Source: the human T2T-CHM13v2.0 reference genome, Homo sapiens. Taken from it: a stretch of DNA of 64,000 nt. A program made the translations under genes and the position numbers. Below are positions 52,624 to 64,000 of the stretch, one piece after another. The first letter of the stretch is position 1, and the number at the start of each line of letters is the position of its first letter. The DNA lies in the NCBI RefSeq assembly GCF_009914755.1, contig NC_060947.1, one strand, 5' to 3'. The notes under the pieces were generated by a model. That model was not told the DNA's origin and searched no databases. It was given only the letters and a program-made list of their open reading frames with translations.

Positions 52624-52918
52624 GGCCGGGCGCAGTGGCTTACGCCTGTAATCCCAGCACGTTGGGAGGCTGAGGCAGGCAGATCACCTGAGGTCAGGAG
52701 TTCAAGACCAGCCTGACCAACATGGAGAAACCCTATCTCTACCAAAAATACAAAATTAGCCGGGCATGGTGGCGCATGCCTGTAATCCCAGCTACTTGGG
52801 AGGTTGAGGCAGGAGAATTGCTTGAACCTGGGAGGCAGAGGTTGCAGTGTGCACTCCAGCCTGGGCAACAAGAGCAAGACTCCATCTCAAATAAATAAAT
52901 AAATAAATAAATAAAAAT
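52624..52918 (+). mobile_element. AluSp with an internal right-arm deletion and (TAAA)n tail
   Basis: CCTGACCAACATGGAGAAACCC; TSD AAAG(C/T)AGTGACTTAG. Confidence 0.92.
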
Positions 52919-53133
52919 AAAGTAGTGACTTAGTAGTTTGAAAAGTTCCCCCATCACATATATGCATACTTTTTTAAATGTCTGTAATTCAATTTTACTT
53001 CCTGTCCCCCCTGCAAAAAAAAAAAAAAGCGTAAAATCCAATCAGTCCTACTTTGTTTAAATTCCACTTCCCCTTCTACTTTTAGTTATTCTATATGGAA
53101 ATAATGTACTGAATTGCTTTAAAATTGCATAAA

Positions 53134-53181
53134 TATGTGTATATATGTGTGTGTGTGTGTATATATATATGTATATATATA
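53134..53181. repeat. (TG)n(TA)n microsatellite
   Basis: Read directly. Confidence 0.85.
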
Positions 53182-53802
53182 AACTTCTCCTCTACAGAAT
53201 ACCTTTAGCCTTAAGTTTATAATCTACGGCACACAGATGGAACAGAATGTACCTGAATATATTAAATTTTCTTCCCTCAGAGATGAAAGGAGGAAGGAAG
53301 TTTAAACTATGAGGAATTTTTTTCTTAACTGAGCATAGTACAATCTTATTAACGATTCTCTTCCTTGTCATTCAGCACATCTTGTAATACTAAACAGTCT
53401 TTTCTGGTGTTTTTCTTCTCATGAATTTCTAATATTACTAAGTTCTTTAATGTAAAGTGTATTAATTGTGTAAACGCTTAGAAAAGTCTACCTCTTTACA
53501 ATGTTTCCTATCATGAAAAAACGTTTAGTGGTTCAAATAAGTAATACGTTGAAAAATGGCAGTGTTGGTGGTAAAGTTTATATAAAAAATCTTCAAGATT
53601 CCTTCTCATTTGAAGGAACTATGAATCTCATCTCTATGACATTTGAGTTACCTTCTAGACTAGATGGAGTATTACTCGGCACTAAAATTTAAATGTCATA
53701 CCCTTTCATAAGCCCCTATGTCTTTAATTGTTTAATTGTGTCCTTTATGGAGATGCCCTCCCCCACCCAAATTAATTTATACTGAATTGAATTAAAGTAT
53801 AG

Positions 53803-54222
<420 letters not shown>

Positions 54223-54293
54223 TAATGCTTACTTTTCACTCAGCACCAAAACGATGAGTATTATGGTTTGTGGTGAATTGGGCTGATAAAAAC

Positions 54294-54735
54294 TGTGAAA
54301 TTAAATGATTCAAATTTAGAGCTGTTGAGACTTTATTTTGAGCGTTGAGAATAATGTGGCTGTGTGGCCTGAGTCACACAGCATGCAGCTGCAACATCTG
54401 CTTTTTCCTGTAAGTGATTAGGAAAGGCCTTGTGGAATCAGAGATAAATACCCCCTCAGATCATCACCCCTCCTCATGGCATGTTAAAGCAATCTTTCTG
54501 GGAATGTAGCAAGCTGTAACCAATCAAATTGTTATAATGTTTATACCAACCTCGTATAGAAAATGTTGTAACCCTGTTAATTGCCTATGTAAGTGAAACC
54601 TTAACTTTTTCACTTTGGAGCACTGACCCCGTTCCTTTAGAATCTGTATTACCCAGGTGGCTATCCTTAAGCTTTGCACTTGAATAAACTCTATACTTAA
54701 TCATATTTTCTGAATCTAATTATTTAAAGTTGACA
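54294..54735 (+). mobile_element. MER4-group ERV1 solo LTR (LTR23/LTR24-like)
   Basis: TGTGAAA...AAGTTGACA ends; TGTAACCAATC (CCAAT box); AATAAA at about 54683; family uncertain. Confidence 0.65.
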
Positions 54736-55493
54736 AAGTGCAAATGAAAAACACAGTTATTCATAGTTTTAATACATTGATCAGGACTTAGAATTTGCTA
54801 ATGGGACACATGGGATCCTAGTCCTAAGTGGGGAGAAATCAGCTGGAAAAATCAGAAATCAGCTGGGAACTGGGAGAAATCAGGACACAGGAGATTCCCA
54901 TACAGAGGTGGATGAAGTCTATGAACATAGAGGACCAGAACCACTGTGATAAAAAAGTAGAACTTGGACACATTTCTCTAGAGCAGTGTGGCTGAGAGAA
55001 GAGTCTAGTCACTTGTCTGCTTTATAAGACACCTTGAGAAGTTAAGCAGCTGTGAGAGTTACTCTTTTGATTATCCAGTCCTTCACTCTGCTTGTACGTA
55101 TGCTACCCACATCTACACCCCAAACTGGCAAGTCTAGTAAACAACTCAATCATCTCAAGAACCTCCACCAACATATAAAAATTTGTGCAAGTTCTCTTTA
55201 AATCTAAAAGAGGGAGATCAATGTGCCACGTTAACTACCTTTTCTTCTGAGGTATCTTTTTAAATAAATTAGCCTGAAGTCACTGTTCAAAAATTAGTGC
55301 CCACTGTTCTTAAATGAAGATGATGACTCTTGTTGCCCAAATCTGCAACAAGTATATTTCTTAGATAAATCTATTTATCAATAAGAAGTCTCTGTTTTTC
55401 ACTATTTAAAATTTTCAGAATGCTTATTTCATGAGCCCTGATAGCCACTTATATTTCACTTGTCCCTACTTTAATCATCTCATTCTTCTTGCA

Positions 55494-55788
55494 TTTTTTT
55501 TTTTTTTGACAGAGTCTTTCTCTGTTGCCCAGGGTGGAGTGCAGAGGTGTGATCATGGCTCCCTGTAGCCTCAACCTCCTGGGCTCAAGCAATCCTCCTG
55601 CCTCAGCCTCCTGAGTAACTGGGACCAGGTGTGTGTCACCATACCTGGCTAATTTTTTAATTTTTTGTATAGACAGGGTCTCATCTAACTATGTTTCCCA
55701 GGCTAGTCTCAAACTCCTGGGCTCAAGTAATCCTTCTGCCTTGGCCTCTCAAAATGCTGGGATTACAGGCATGAGCCACTGTGTCTGG
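55494..55788 (-). mobile_element. AluJ
   Basis: Full antisense Alu, J-type GGGCTCAAGCAATCCTCC. Confidence 0.9.
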
Positions 55789-57208
55789 TACTTCTTTGTT
55801 TGTTTGTTTGTTTTGGAATCCTTGGCCTACAACTTCATCCACAATAGCTCCTTCACCCCTTCCACACACATAACCCTGCAAAGCTTCAGTCAACATTTTT
55901 CCTTATTCCAGCAAGGCTGTTATCTAGACTCTAGAGAAAGAACTATCAACATAGGAATAAAGGGTCAGCATTTGATATGTTTTGGGGATAGGCTTAAGGA
56001 GGCATTTTACCATGGTCCTATCTTTATATTAAAATCTGCTATCATAGCCTCTGATTGCTCATACACAAACTGGGATTTTTTTAAAAGACTCAATCCCTTT
56101 ATCTCTGCAGTTTCACTTTATAGGCTGAATTTTTGCAGTTCACACAATGCTCTGTCTCCCTTCACTTGGGCTTCGCTTAAAAAAAACCCCCGAGTATTCA
56201 TTTTAAAAATGAGTGTATGTTTAAAATAATATAAATTTTGTGAGAATACTCCATTATCAATTCCTATTTGATTTGGAAGAAACATGGGGAGTATTTTAGT
56301 TTTTTTTAAAATACCCTATATAACAAATTCACTAAATATTATTTGATCCTGACGATCACTATTTTTTATAGTGTTGATTAACTATAAAGGTATTTTAATA
56401 GTATTTCAAATCAGCCCTAAATAAGTATACTTACAGGAATTGGTCAAGTTTACCATGTGGTTAGTCTGTGTATCCACCTAGAATTTACAAATACCCAGGA
56501 GGTTGCTTGGCTTCCCCAAGGCACTTCTAGAGGACTGACAAAGGAAACATGGGAACCAAGACAGAGGGGAGATAACAGCTGGTTTCCAATCTTAGGAACA
56601 ACAACAACAACAAACCCACAAGTGGGAGAAAGTTGGAGGACTTTTTCCCAACCCTGGGCAAGAGGACAGAACAAGCGACATCTAGGGATGGTGGGGTTAG
56701 ATTCTCTATAAAAACACTTTGTTTAAAATGCATTATTGCTTAAAACCTGGGCTTTTGTTTTTCTGTCATGACTGACACACTTTGATCTGTGTTAGGTAAG
56801 AGTTTTTTGAGGTTTTCCTATTTCATACACCAAGGCTCATGGAATTTTGGAGCTGAAAGGAATTTTGAGAGTATGTGTTTGGCAAAGCCATACCTATGTG
56901 CTGTCATCCATTACTTGAAGTGGGGAGAGGCATCTGGAAAAACATAAGATCAACATTATATTTAAAGGAGTTCAAAATTTGTCATTTTATTTTTATTTCA
57001 CTGTCCCCAGAATCTTGATTTTAGATCTCTGAATCATGCTTGCCAGTGTCTTAAACACAACTTCAGGGAAAACAAGCTTATTATTCCCTGGCACTCTACT
57101 CGTTGCCTTCTTACCCCCTCATTTGCTTCATGGAGGATGAAAATTGAGCTAGATCAGACTCTGAATGATAGAAGGGATTTCGACAGTTTGAGAAGGAAAA
57201 GAACATAG

Positions 57209-57697
57209 CATAGCAGAGATGGCTACTTGTCACTCAATATTCAGTCTACCCTTTCAAATGAACAGAATCCGCCCCTCTTATTCAGCCAGTCCTATGTCCT
57301 CCCAGAATGAAGACTATATTTCTCCCAGCCTCTCTTGCTGCTATATGCGGTCATGTGGTTAAGTTCTGGCCAATATTCTGTCCAGAAAGATGGAAACTTA
57401 TGCAATCTATCCATAGAAGAAAGGTGGTGCACTCTCATCCATCTCCTTCCTCATCTTCCTCCATCTTATCGATTAGAGTGTGATTGTAGTGTCAAACCAT
57501 CTTAGACCATGAAGATAAGGACAGCATAAGGTATCACAGAAGGTAATCGGAAGAGGCGTGGCTGTTGGGTGGCTTCATGAAGTAGATCTGTTACATCATC
57601 CTTGGACCTTTTACCACTGGACTATTTCATGACAAAGAGAGAAACTCTCATTGTGTAAGTCACTGCATGTAGCCAAACCTATTGACAAACTAATACA
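57209..57697 (+). mobile_element. MLT1J-type LTR inserted in an L2 fragment
   Basis: TTTCTCCCAGCCTCTCTTGC...GGTCATGTGGTTAAGTTCTGGCCAAT...ACTAATACA. Confidence 0.7.
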
Positions 57698-58003
57698 GGC
57701 ATTTTAGTTAAAAATAATATGAGCAAAAGCTTAGAAATAGGAAAAATAGAGGCCAGATTTTAAAAAGAATAAGAATTTTGGTTCCAAGTTTCTCTCACAT
57801 ACTCCATGTATTATCCAGGTGTGTTTTTAACAATCCAAACCTGATCAGGTCATTCTCTCATTTAAAACCTTGGGCCAAATTACTCTGGGAAACAGAACAA
57901 AATCCTCATAAATGAATAGAGGGTGATAATAATGATAGTTGGGGAAAATACTAGTTTTGGGAATTGTAAAAATCCTGCTCTAGATATTTGAATTTTGAAT
58001 GAT

Positions 58004-58408
58004 GTCATGCATGGTTTAAATGTGTCTGCCAAAGTTTATGTGCTGGGAACTTAATCCCCAGTGCAACAGTATTGAGAGTGAAACCTTTAAAAAGTGATTA
58101 GGACATGAGGGCTCTGCTCTCCTCTCATGAATTGATTAATGCCAGTATTGAAGGAGTGGGTTTGTTATTGCAAAAAATGAATTTGTTATAAAAGCTAGTT
58201 CAGCTCTCTCTTTCTCTCTTGCTCTTGCCCTTTCTTGCTCTTCTGCTTTCCCCCATAGAATGGTACAGCATGAAGGCCCTTGCCAGATGCCAGCACCATG
58301 CTTTTGGACTTCCCAGCCTCCAGAATTGTGACCCAAATAAAATTCTGTTCTTTATAAGTTATACAGTCTGTGGCATTCTGCTTTCATAGCATAAAATGGA
58401 GTAAGACA
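58004..58408 (+). mobile_element. MSTC-type MaLR LTR
   Basis: GGTTTAAATGTGTCTGCCAAAGTTTATGTG...TTGGACTTCCCAGCCTCCAGAA...GTAAGACA. Confidence 0.82.
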
Positions 58409-59583
58409 AATGGCATAAGACAATTTGTAAATTCCTAGCCTTCTCCTTCCAAGCACAACTGTTTGTCTTTCATTCAGTGGTCTGCTTAGCCATCTTTATA
58501 TCAGGATATCAGATATCTTTATATCAGAATCAGAGCCTTCTTTATACCAGAATAGCTTCACTGCTTATTCTTTTATCATATTTATTGTGTGTCTGTATGC
58601 CAGCTACCATCCTAAGGTCTGAAGATATTGTGGTGGGCAAAATAGATATTATACTGCCATCATAGAACTTTCAGTCTAACGGTACATGATGGGCATTAAG
58701 CAAATGATTAGATAATCACTTAATTGATTACAATTGTGGTAAATGCTTCTAAGAAGAAGTTGTGAGAGCATACCTAACTCTTATTTTTATTTTTGCATTT
58801 TCAAATGATTGATTCTATAGCTTTCTCTTATACCTCCTTAGAAAATTCATTTAGAAACTTGGGCTTCTGTAATGGGAAACTTTCTGGCTCATCTGATTTC
58901 TCTCTATCTATACTCCCCATCTACTGCACCACACAAGATTTGGTACCACCTTACTGCAAAGAAGCCCTGGATTGGTTTTGGGAGGCAAGATGTAAAGGCA
59001 CTAAATTATTGAGTGGAGCATTAGAAAAGCATAAAAAAGAATTCATAAGAATTCTCCAGTGCAAAAGGACAGACCTCTATCGAACTCGTTGTTAGATCAG
59101 ACTAGTGACAAAAGAAACTTTTTCATAGCTCTGAGTATACATTTATTAACTTCTAGCTTAATTTTAATCTCACCACTGGCTTTAAAAATATACAATAATA
59201 CTTCACCTAGCACTCTCAAAATCTCCAGCAAACTAAAATAGTAAATCAGAGATAACCAGAAAACACACTATTCTCCAAGTAATAAAATAAAACCAAGGCA
59301 ACTATAAAAAATCAACCAGTGAAAACATACCAGACATTACATTTAGGCAGTTCTCACACAAACTGTTTTGGGTGAACAATTTTTATAAGACGTTCTTTAT
59401 AATAGTCATATTTCATGGATCACTAAGAGATCTTAAAATTCTCTTCAAGTCCAAACTGAAAGCTCTTCCTCTCTAGAATGAAAATTTGTGGCGTGGTTGT
59501 AATCTGGGTGCTAATATAGTCCACCAGACACAGTAGACTGCAATTCCGCTTTCAGATGATATTCCAGAATCATTCCATACCAT

Positions 59584-60095
59584 TGATGGGATTCTTGACA
59601 TGCCACTCCAAAATATGGCATCTTGGCATTTGAGAAAACAGGAGAAGCAGAACGGTCACTCTTACATTCCCCTCATCTTTCTTCCCTGAAATAGATCATA
59701 AAACCTAGGAAGGCCACTCTCTGACCTCCCTCTCTTCTTTCTGAAGGCCCTTATGTGACAGGTATCCTGCCCTACACAGAGATGCCAAGAAAAATCTGAA
59801 CAAACAGGCCTTGCTAAGTTCGCCACAGTTTTGTTTTTTTTTTTTTTTTTACTATTAGACCACATCCTTTTGTCCTCCATTCATACTTCTGCATGACTGC
59901 TCATAGAAATACACAGGTTTCTCTGTTTTTTTTTTTCTTGCTCTTCATTTCTGAAGGCTCCTGTGTCACATAAAGCTTATATTAAATAAATTTGTATACC
60001 GGTCTCTTGTTAATCTGTCTTTTATTATAGGAATCTCAGCCATGAACCTTGCTATGGTTGAGGAAAAATATATTACTTTTTCTCCCCTATGGCAT
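59584..60095 (+). mobile_element. MER39-type ERV1 solo LTR
   Basis: CCAAAATATGGCATCTTGGCATTTGAGAAAACAG...TCTGAACAAACAGGCCTTGCTAAGTT...TCTCTTGTTAATCTGTCTTTT. Confidence 0.78.
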
Positions 60096-60409
60096 CCCAA
60101 ACAATTCCCAGCCATCCTCGTTTGTAAATAATTCCTATGCATTTCTAGCCAGAATATTTTCAAAGCAAACATCCAGAATTTTTTCAAAGCAAAGCAAAAC
60201 TGGAGAATTATTGAGTGCCAATATATTAACATATATACTGAATTCCATTTTCACCTGGACACAAGGTGTGCAAATTGTATGCATTGAATAAATGTCCCAT
60301 GTCAATGTCTTATATCTTTATCTCTAAGTGAAATTTGTGTTGATGGACACATTCACCTCAAAAAGAAAGTAGGTTTGTTTCTCATTTAAGAGATGGCAGT
60401 CTCATATCT

Positions 60410-61255
60410 TTTCCTCTAGCACCTCTGTACCCCTTTCCCTGCTCTCACTCTCAGCTGATGACATCTCATACTTAGTTGAGAAAGCTGAAGTCACTAGACA
60501 GGAAACTATCTTTTCTATATTTGTCATCTTTTGTCCTGCTACAATGAAAGTTGTATGATTTCTTTTATCAAAGGTGCTCTGGCTCTGTCCCCAAGGACTT
60601 TGCTTCTGCCATTAGCCTTTCTTTTTCCTACATCACTTTTTTCTTCTCCATTGGATTTCTGTCATGAGCATAGAAATACACTTTAGTATTCCTACTACCC
60701 CCAATTAAAACCTTTTCAACTCTATATCTCCCTTTACTCCTCGTTCCTGGCAATTTTGTTGTAAGAGCTGCATCTATGTGCTGTCTTTACTTCCTCACCT
60801 CCCATTCTGGCCTCAGCTTATGCCAAACTGGCTTCAAACCACACCACCCCACTGAAACTGTAGTTGTTAGTGTCATTATTGGTCATAATTTTTGAAATCC
60901 AATCATCATTGTTTGATCTTTATTTTTCTAAATCTCTCAGCATTATAAAGAGCTTAGTACTTCTCTATTAAAAAAAATACTTTCTCTTTTGGCTTCTATG
61001 GCTTTACACTTAACTGCAGTGATTCTTAAAGTGTGGTTCCTGGGCCAGCAGCAATAGCATCACCTGGGAACTTGGTAGAAATGAAAGTTATTGAACCTTA
61101 ACCCCTGTCAACTGAATCAGAAAATCTATGGGTAAGGCCCAGCAATCTGTGTTTCATAAGTCCTCCAGCTTATTCTAATCCAAGACAAAATTTGAGAACC
61201 ACTGCTCTACTAATTTTCCTCCTACTTCAATTATAGTTCCTTTTAATTTTTGGCT
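60410..61255 (+). mobile_element. L2 LINE fragment, interrupted by MER5A
   Basis: CTCTCAGCTGATGAC...ACTTCCTCACCTCCCATTC...CTGGCTTC...CACTGAAACTG. Confidence 0.7.
61017..61204. mobile_element. MER5A hAT-Charlie MITE
   Basis: CAGTGATTCTTAAAGTGTGG...GCATCACCTGGGAACTTG...TTTGAGAACCACTG with TIRs. Confidence 0.88.
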
Positions 61256-61361
61256 TGTATCAGTTAGTTATTGCTTTATAACAGTTCACCCCAAAACCTA
61301 GTGACTTACAACCACCACCATTTCTTTATCTCATGAATAAGTTTCCCCATTGCTTTGTATA

Positions 61362-61777
61362 TTTTCTTAGGTTAGGCTCCCCAGAAGAAGGCTATGAGGC
61401 AAGGATTTCAGAAAGGAAAGCATAAGGAAGTGAGATAGGAAAGAAAGGCAGCTAATATCAGGTATATTAATGAGCAGATTATTCCTGTGAACAACTGGGC
61501 TCGATCCCTCAGAGAGCTTCCAAGGCATTATCCCATCCAAAGGGTAAAGAGGCTGGGATATTTATCGACTAGCTCCCATTCTTCACTGGCTGTAACTTGT
61601 CCACGTCTCACAGCTGTAACTCCCTTGTATTCCCTACCTATCTGGTGTGAGGACCAAGCTTGTGTCTGTGGATAGAGAAAGCCCTAAAGCAGAAAGTCTA
61701 GGTGCTTGCACAAAAAGATCATCTGCACAGAATGATGATCAAGAGATGTGAGTGGGGCACCACAACATTTACCTCAG
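61362..61777 (-). mobile_element. LTR33-family ERVL LTR
   Basis: CTTAGGTTAGGCTCCCCAGAAG...GAGGCAAGGATTT...GAGGCTGGGATATTTATC...GAGAAAGCCCT. Confidence 0.6.
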
Positions 61778-62042
61778 GAATCTCTGTTCAGGACTCAGCT
61801 TTGGTCTCAAACCTTGGGAAGCTTATACACTGAGGCAGTGTTAGGATCTCTTTTCTCTGCCTTCCTGTGCTTTTAAGTGTATTTCACTGTTTTTGATCCC
61901 TTGTCTGCCCCTTATATTTGACTATCAGGCTCTTGAAGGTCTATTACACTTACTCATTGTTTTTACCCCCTGTTCCTATCTCAGTGCCCAACACAGAGCT
62001 GACAGTTAATATATGTTGGTTGGATGCATGTGTGGGTATCTT

Positions 62043-62182
62043 ATCTTTTTATCCTTTAAAAGACCTCACACGTAGATGAAAATTTTAAAATCATTAATTC
62101 AATCATCAATTCAATTCAATCATCTTTTTATCCTTTAAAAGACCTCACACATTGATGAAAATTTTAAAATCATTAATTCAAT
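62043..62182. repeat. local direct duplication of a 61-bp unit (period 79)
   Basis: ATCTTTTTATCCTTTAAAAGACCTCACAC...AATCATTAATTCAAT at 62043 and 62122; 2 mismatches. Confidence 0.95.
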
Positions 62183-63189
62183 TGAAGAGGCCTTGTGATT
62201 GACATGAGTATAAATTGGACCATTATTAACTTCAAACTAATTCTACTATGCCAGAAACCATGCCTGAAGTATTAAAACATCACGTTAAAAAACAAAAGAC
62301 AAAAAAAAAACTTATCTAAAAAATTACATTAAATAAAATAGACCAAAGGTAAATCTTACTCAAGTTTTCAGGAAAAAAAAATTGTTTTCTATACTCTTTT
62401 CTCACCTATTCTTCCTTGTCACAGAGAAGCAATTATTATATTAGACTTTCCTTTTTCAATGTGTAGATGACATCATATGATTTAAATTTTTTATGTATTT
62501 CTCTTGCAAAAAATGTCATGAGAAAGTTTAAATATAAATAAAACATTTCTTTTGGAAATTTTATAATTCAAGCTAATTTAAAATTATGTAAACCTCTATC
62601 TTTCATGTAATCTTCTTCCTTCTTTTAAAACAACATTTTTTTGGTGGTCATCTGTTCGGGAGAAAATGAAATTTTCTGTGGATAAGCAGATATTCTTCAC
62701 GGAGAAAGCTAACATTCTGCATTCCTCTATTTTAAAAGTGGAAAACATAGTCCTGTTATTTGTATTTAGATGTATTTCTCACCAAAGAGTGCCAGGCTGG
62801 ATTACAGAAGATCTATATTCTGATCTTGTCCTTTTTCTTTGCAAGCCTGAGGAATTGTCCAGACACAGAATTCCCTAGATCCCCAGATTTCTCACCTATA
62901 ATATGAAGGGTTGAAAGAGAGGTCTCAATCGGCTTTGAATTTTCTGTTCTATACTTCTGCACCACCACTGTAGCACTGACAATTGCATGAAAATATTAAG
63001 CTCTATTATGTTTTCAGTACTATCCTTAGCTTCTTTAAAAAATTAGTCTAGCTGTGTTTGTAAATAAATGATGTCACTGGAAAAATGGTTTCATACCATT
63101 GTTGTCAATAGTTGAATGTGGCTTGCCCTCAGGAACAATGCATTCTTCAATAATATGGAGGATGGAAGGTGTATAAGGACTCAGATAGC

Positions 63190-63640
63190 TATTATTCTCA
63201 TTTGCCCATGATCCTTTCATATCCCCGCCTCTGGTTTAGCATTCTCTTTCTTCCAGGGGAATTTCTCCCCCATTCCATGCATTCTAGTAGAATTTTTTAT
63301 CACAGTAGATTGTCCTGCCCTGCCACAGAAATGGGCATTTGACACAGTGGCCACAAAGATTGGTCTAAGCAGTAGGCCTGTGACCCAAGGTAGGCCAATT
63401 AGAGTTTTCTGTAGAATTTTTTAGATTCAAAGTGTATGTGTGTGGGGGGGATGACTCTTCTTGAATTTTATATTAGGATGCATGCCAGAAATTGTTGAAA
63501 GGTCTTTAATGTACCATGTACAGGAAGCTTGCCTTTAGTAGGAGAGAATGGGACCATTACACAAGGAGAAGCAGAGATAGCAAAGATGAAGGATAGACGG
63601 AAAGCCAGAGGGCACCAAGTTCTTGGTTACAGGCCCTGAT
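63190..63640 (+). mobile_element. ancient MLT1 (K/L/M-like) LTR
   Basis: GATTGGTCTAAG...GGCCTGTGACCCAAGGTAGGCCAATTAGAG. Confidence 0.45.
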
Positions 63641-63738
63641 TCTGAACTTCTAGACTCTTACATTTGCCTGTTGAGATTTGTTCCTCTTTGTTTCATCATC
63701 CCTGGTTCTTTGACTTCATAATTCCCAATCTTTACTTT

Positions 63739-64000
63739 TGTAGGATACCAAAAATATGCCACCCGAAAATATGACTGTAGGAAACCAGAATATGCCACCC
63801 CAAAATATGACTCTTTGGCATAGGGATTATTTTGAGCTGATTATTTTGAGAAACTGCAGACACAGGAGAAGCTCTGAAAACAGAGTAGAAGTTACAGATT
63901 TGTAAGGGAAATTTACATCTATAAAAGAAATATCCATTTGTAAGGGTGTTTCCCTCTTTCTACCAGAAAGAAAAGAATGACTAAATCACTAGATACTCTT
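63739..64000 (+). mobile_element. MER34-family ERV1 LTR, 5' part (runs off the window)
   Basis: TGTAGGAAACCAGAATATGCCACCCCAAAATATG...TTATTTTGAGCTGATTATTTTGAGAAACTGCAGACACAGG. Confidence 0.8.

Noticed and set aside
55633-56229. Longest ORF (198 aa)
   Set aside because: It starts at a GTG inside an antisense AluJ (typical Alu peptide [22 protein letters not shown]). The rest has no recognisable domain, so it is a chance frame.
61732-61790. C/D-box snoRNA (ATGATGA motif)
   Set aside because: Lies inside an LTR33-like element, with no properly placed D box or terminal stem
62043-62182. CRISPR-like repeat-spacer-repeat
   Set aside because: Only two units, 61 bp long; the spacer derives from the repeat; no cas genes; mammalian context

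Overview
This window is AT-rich, CpG-poor primate (most likely human) non-coding genomic DNA, either intergenic or deep intronic. I found no protein-coding gene, RNA gene, CRISPR array, CpG island or microbial system. The listed ORFs are chance frames, many inside repeats. Well over half of the window is interspersed repeats: about 12 Alu-family SINEs (including a FAM fossil monomer), old L1/L2/CR1 LINEs, MIRs, hAT/Tigger DNA transposons and about 30 LTRs (MaLR, ERVL, ERV1), many with readable target-site duplications (TSDs). The most interesting items are a young solo LTR6-type (HERV-S71) element with GATA motifs, a two-LTR MST provirus with almost the whole interior deleted, several nested insertions, a strand switch in LTR orientation, and small templated-duplication scars. 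Subfamily names come from recalled consensus sequences and need RepeatMasker/Dfam confirmation. I could not identify the locus and see no support for a novel biological system.
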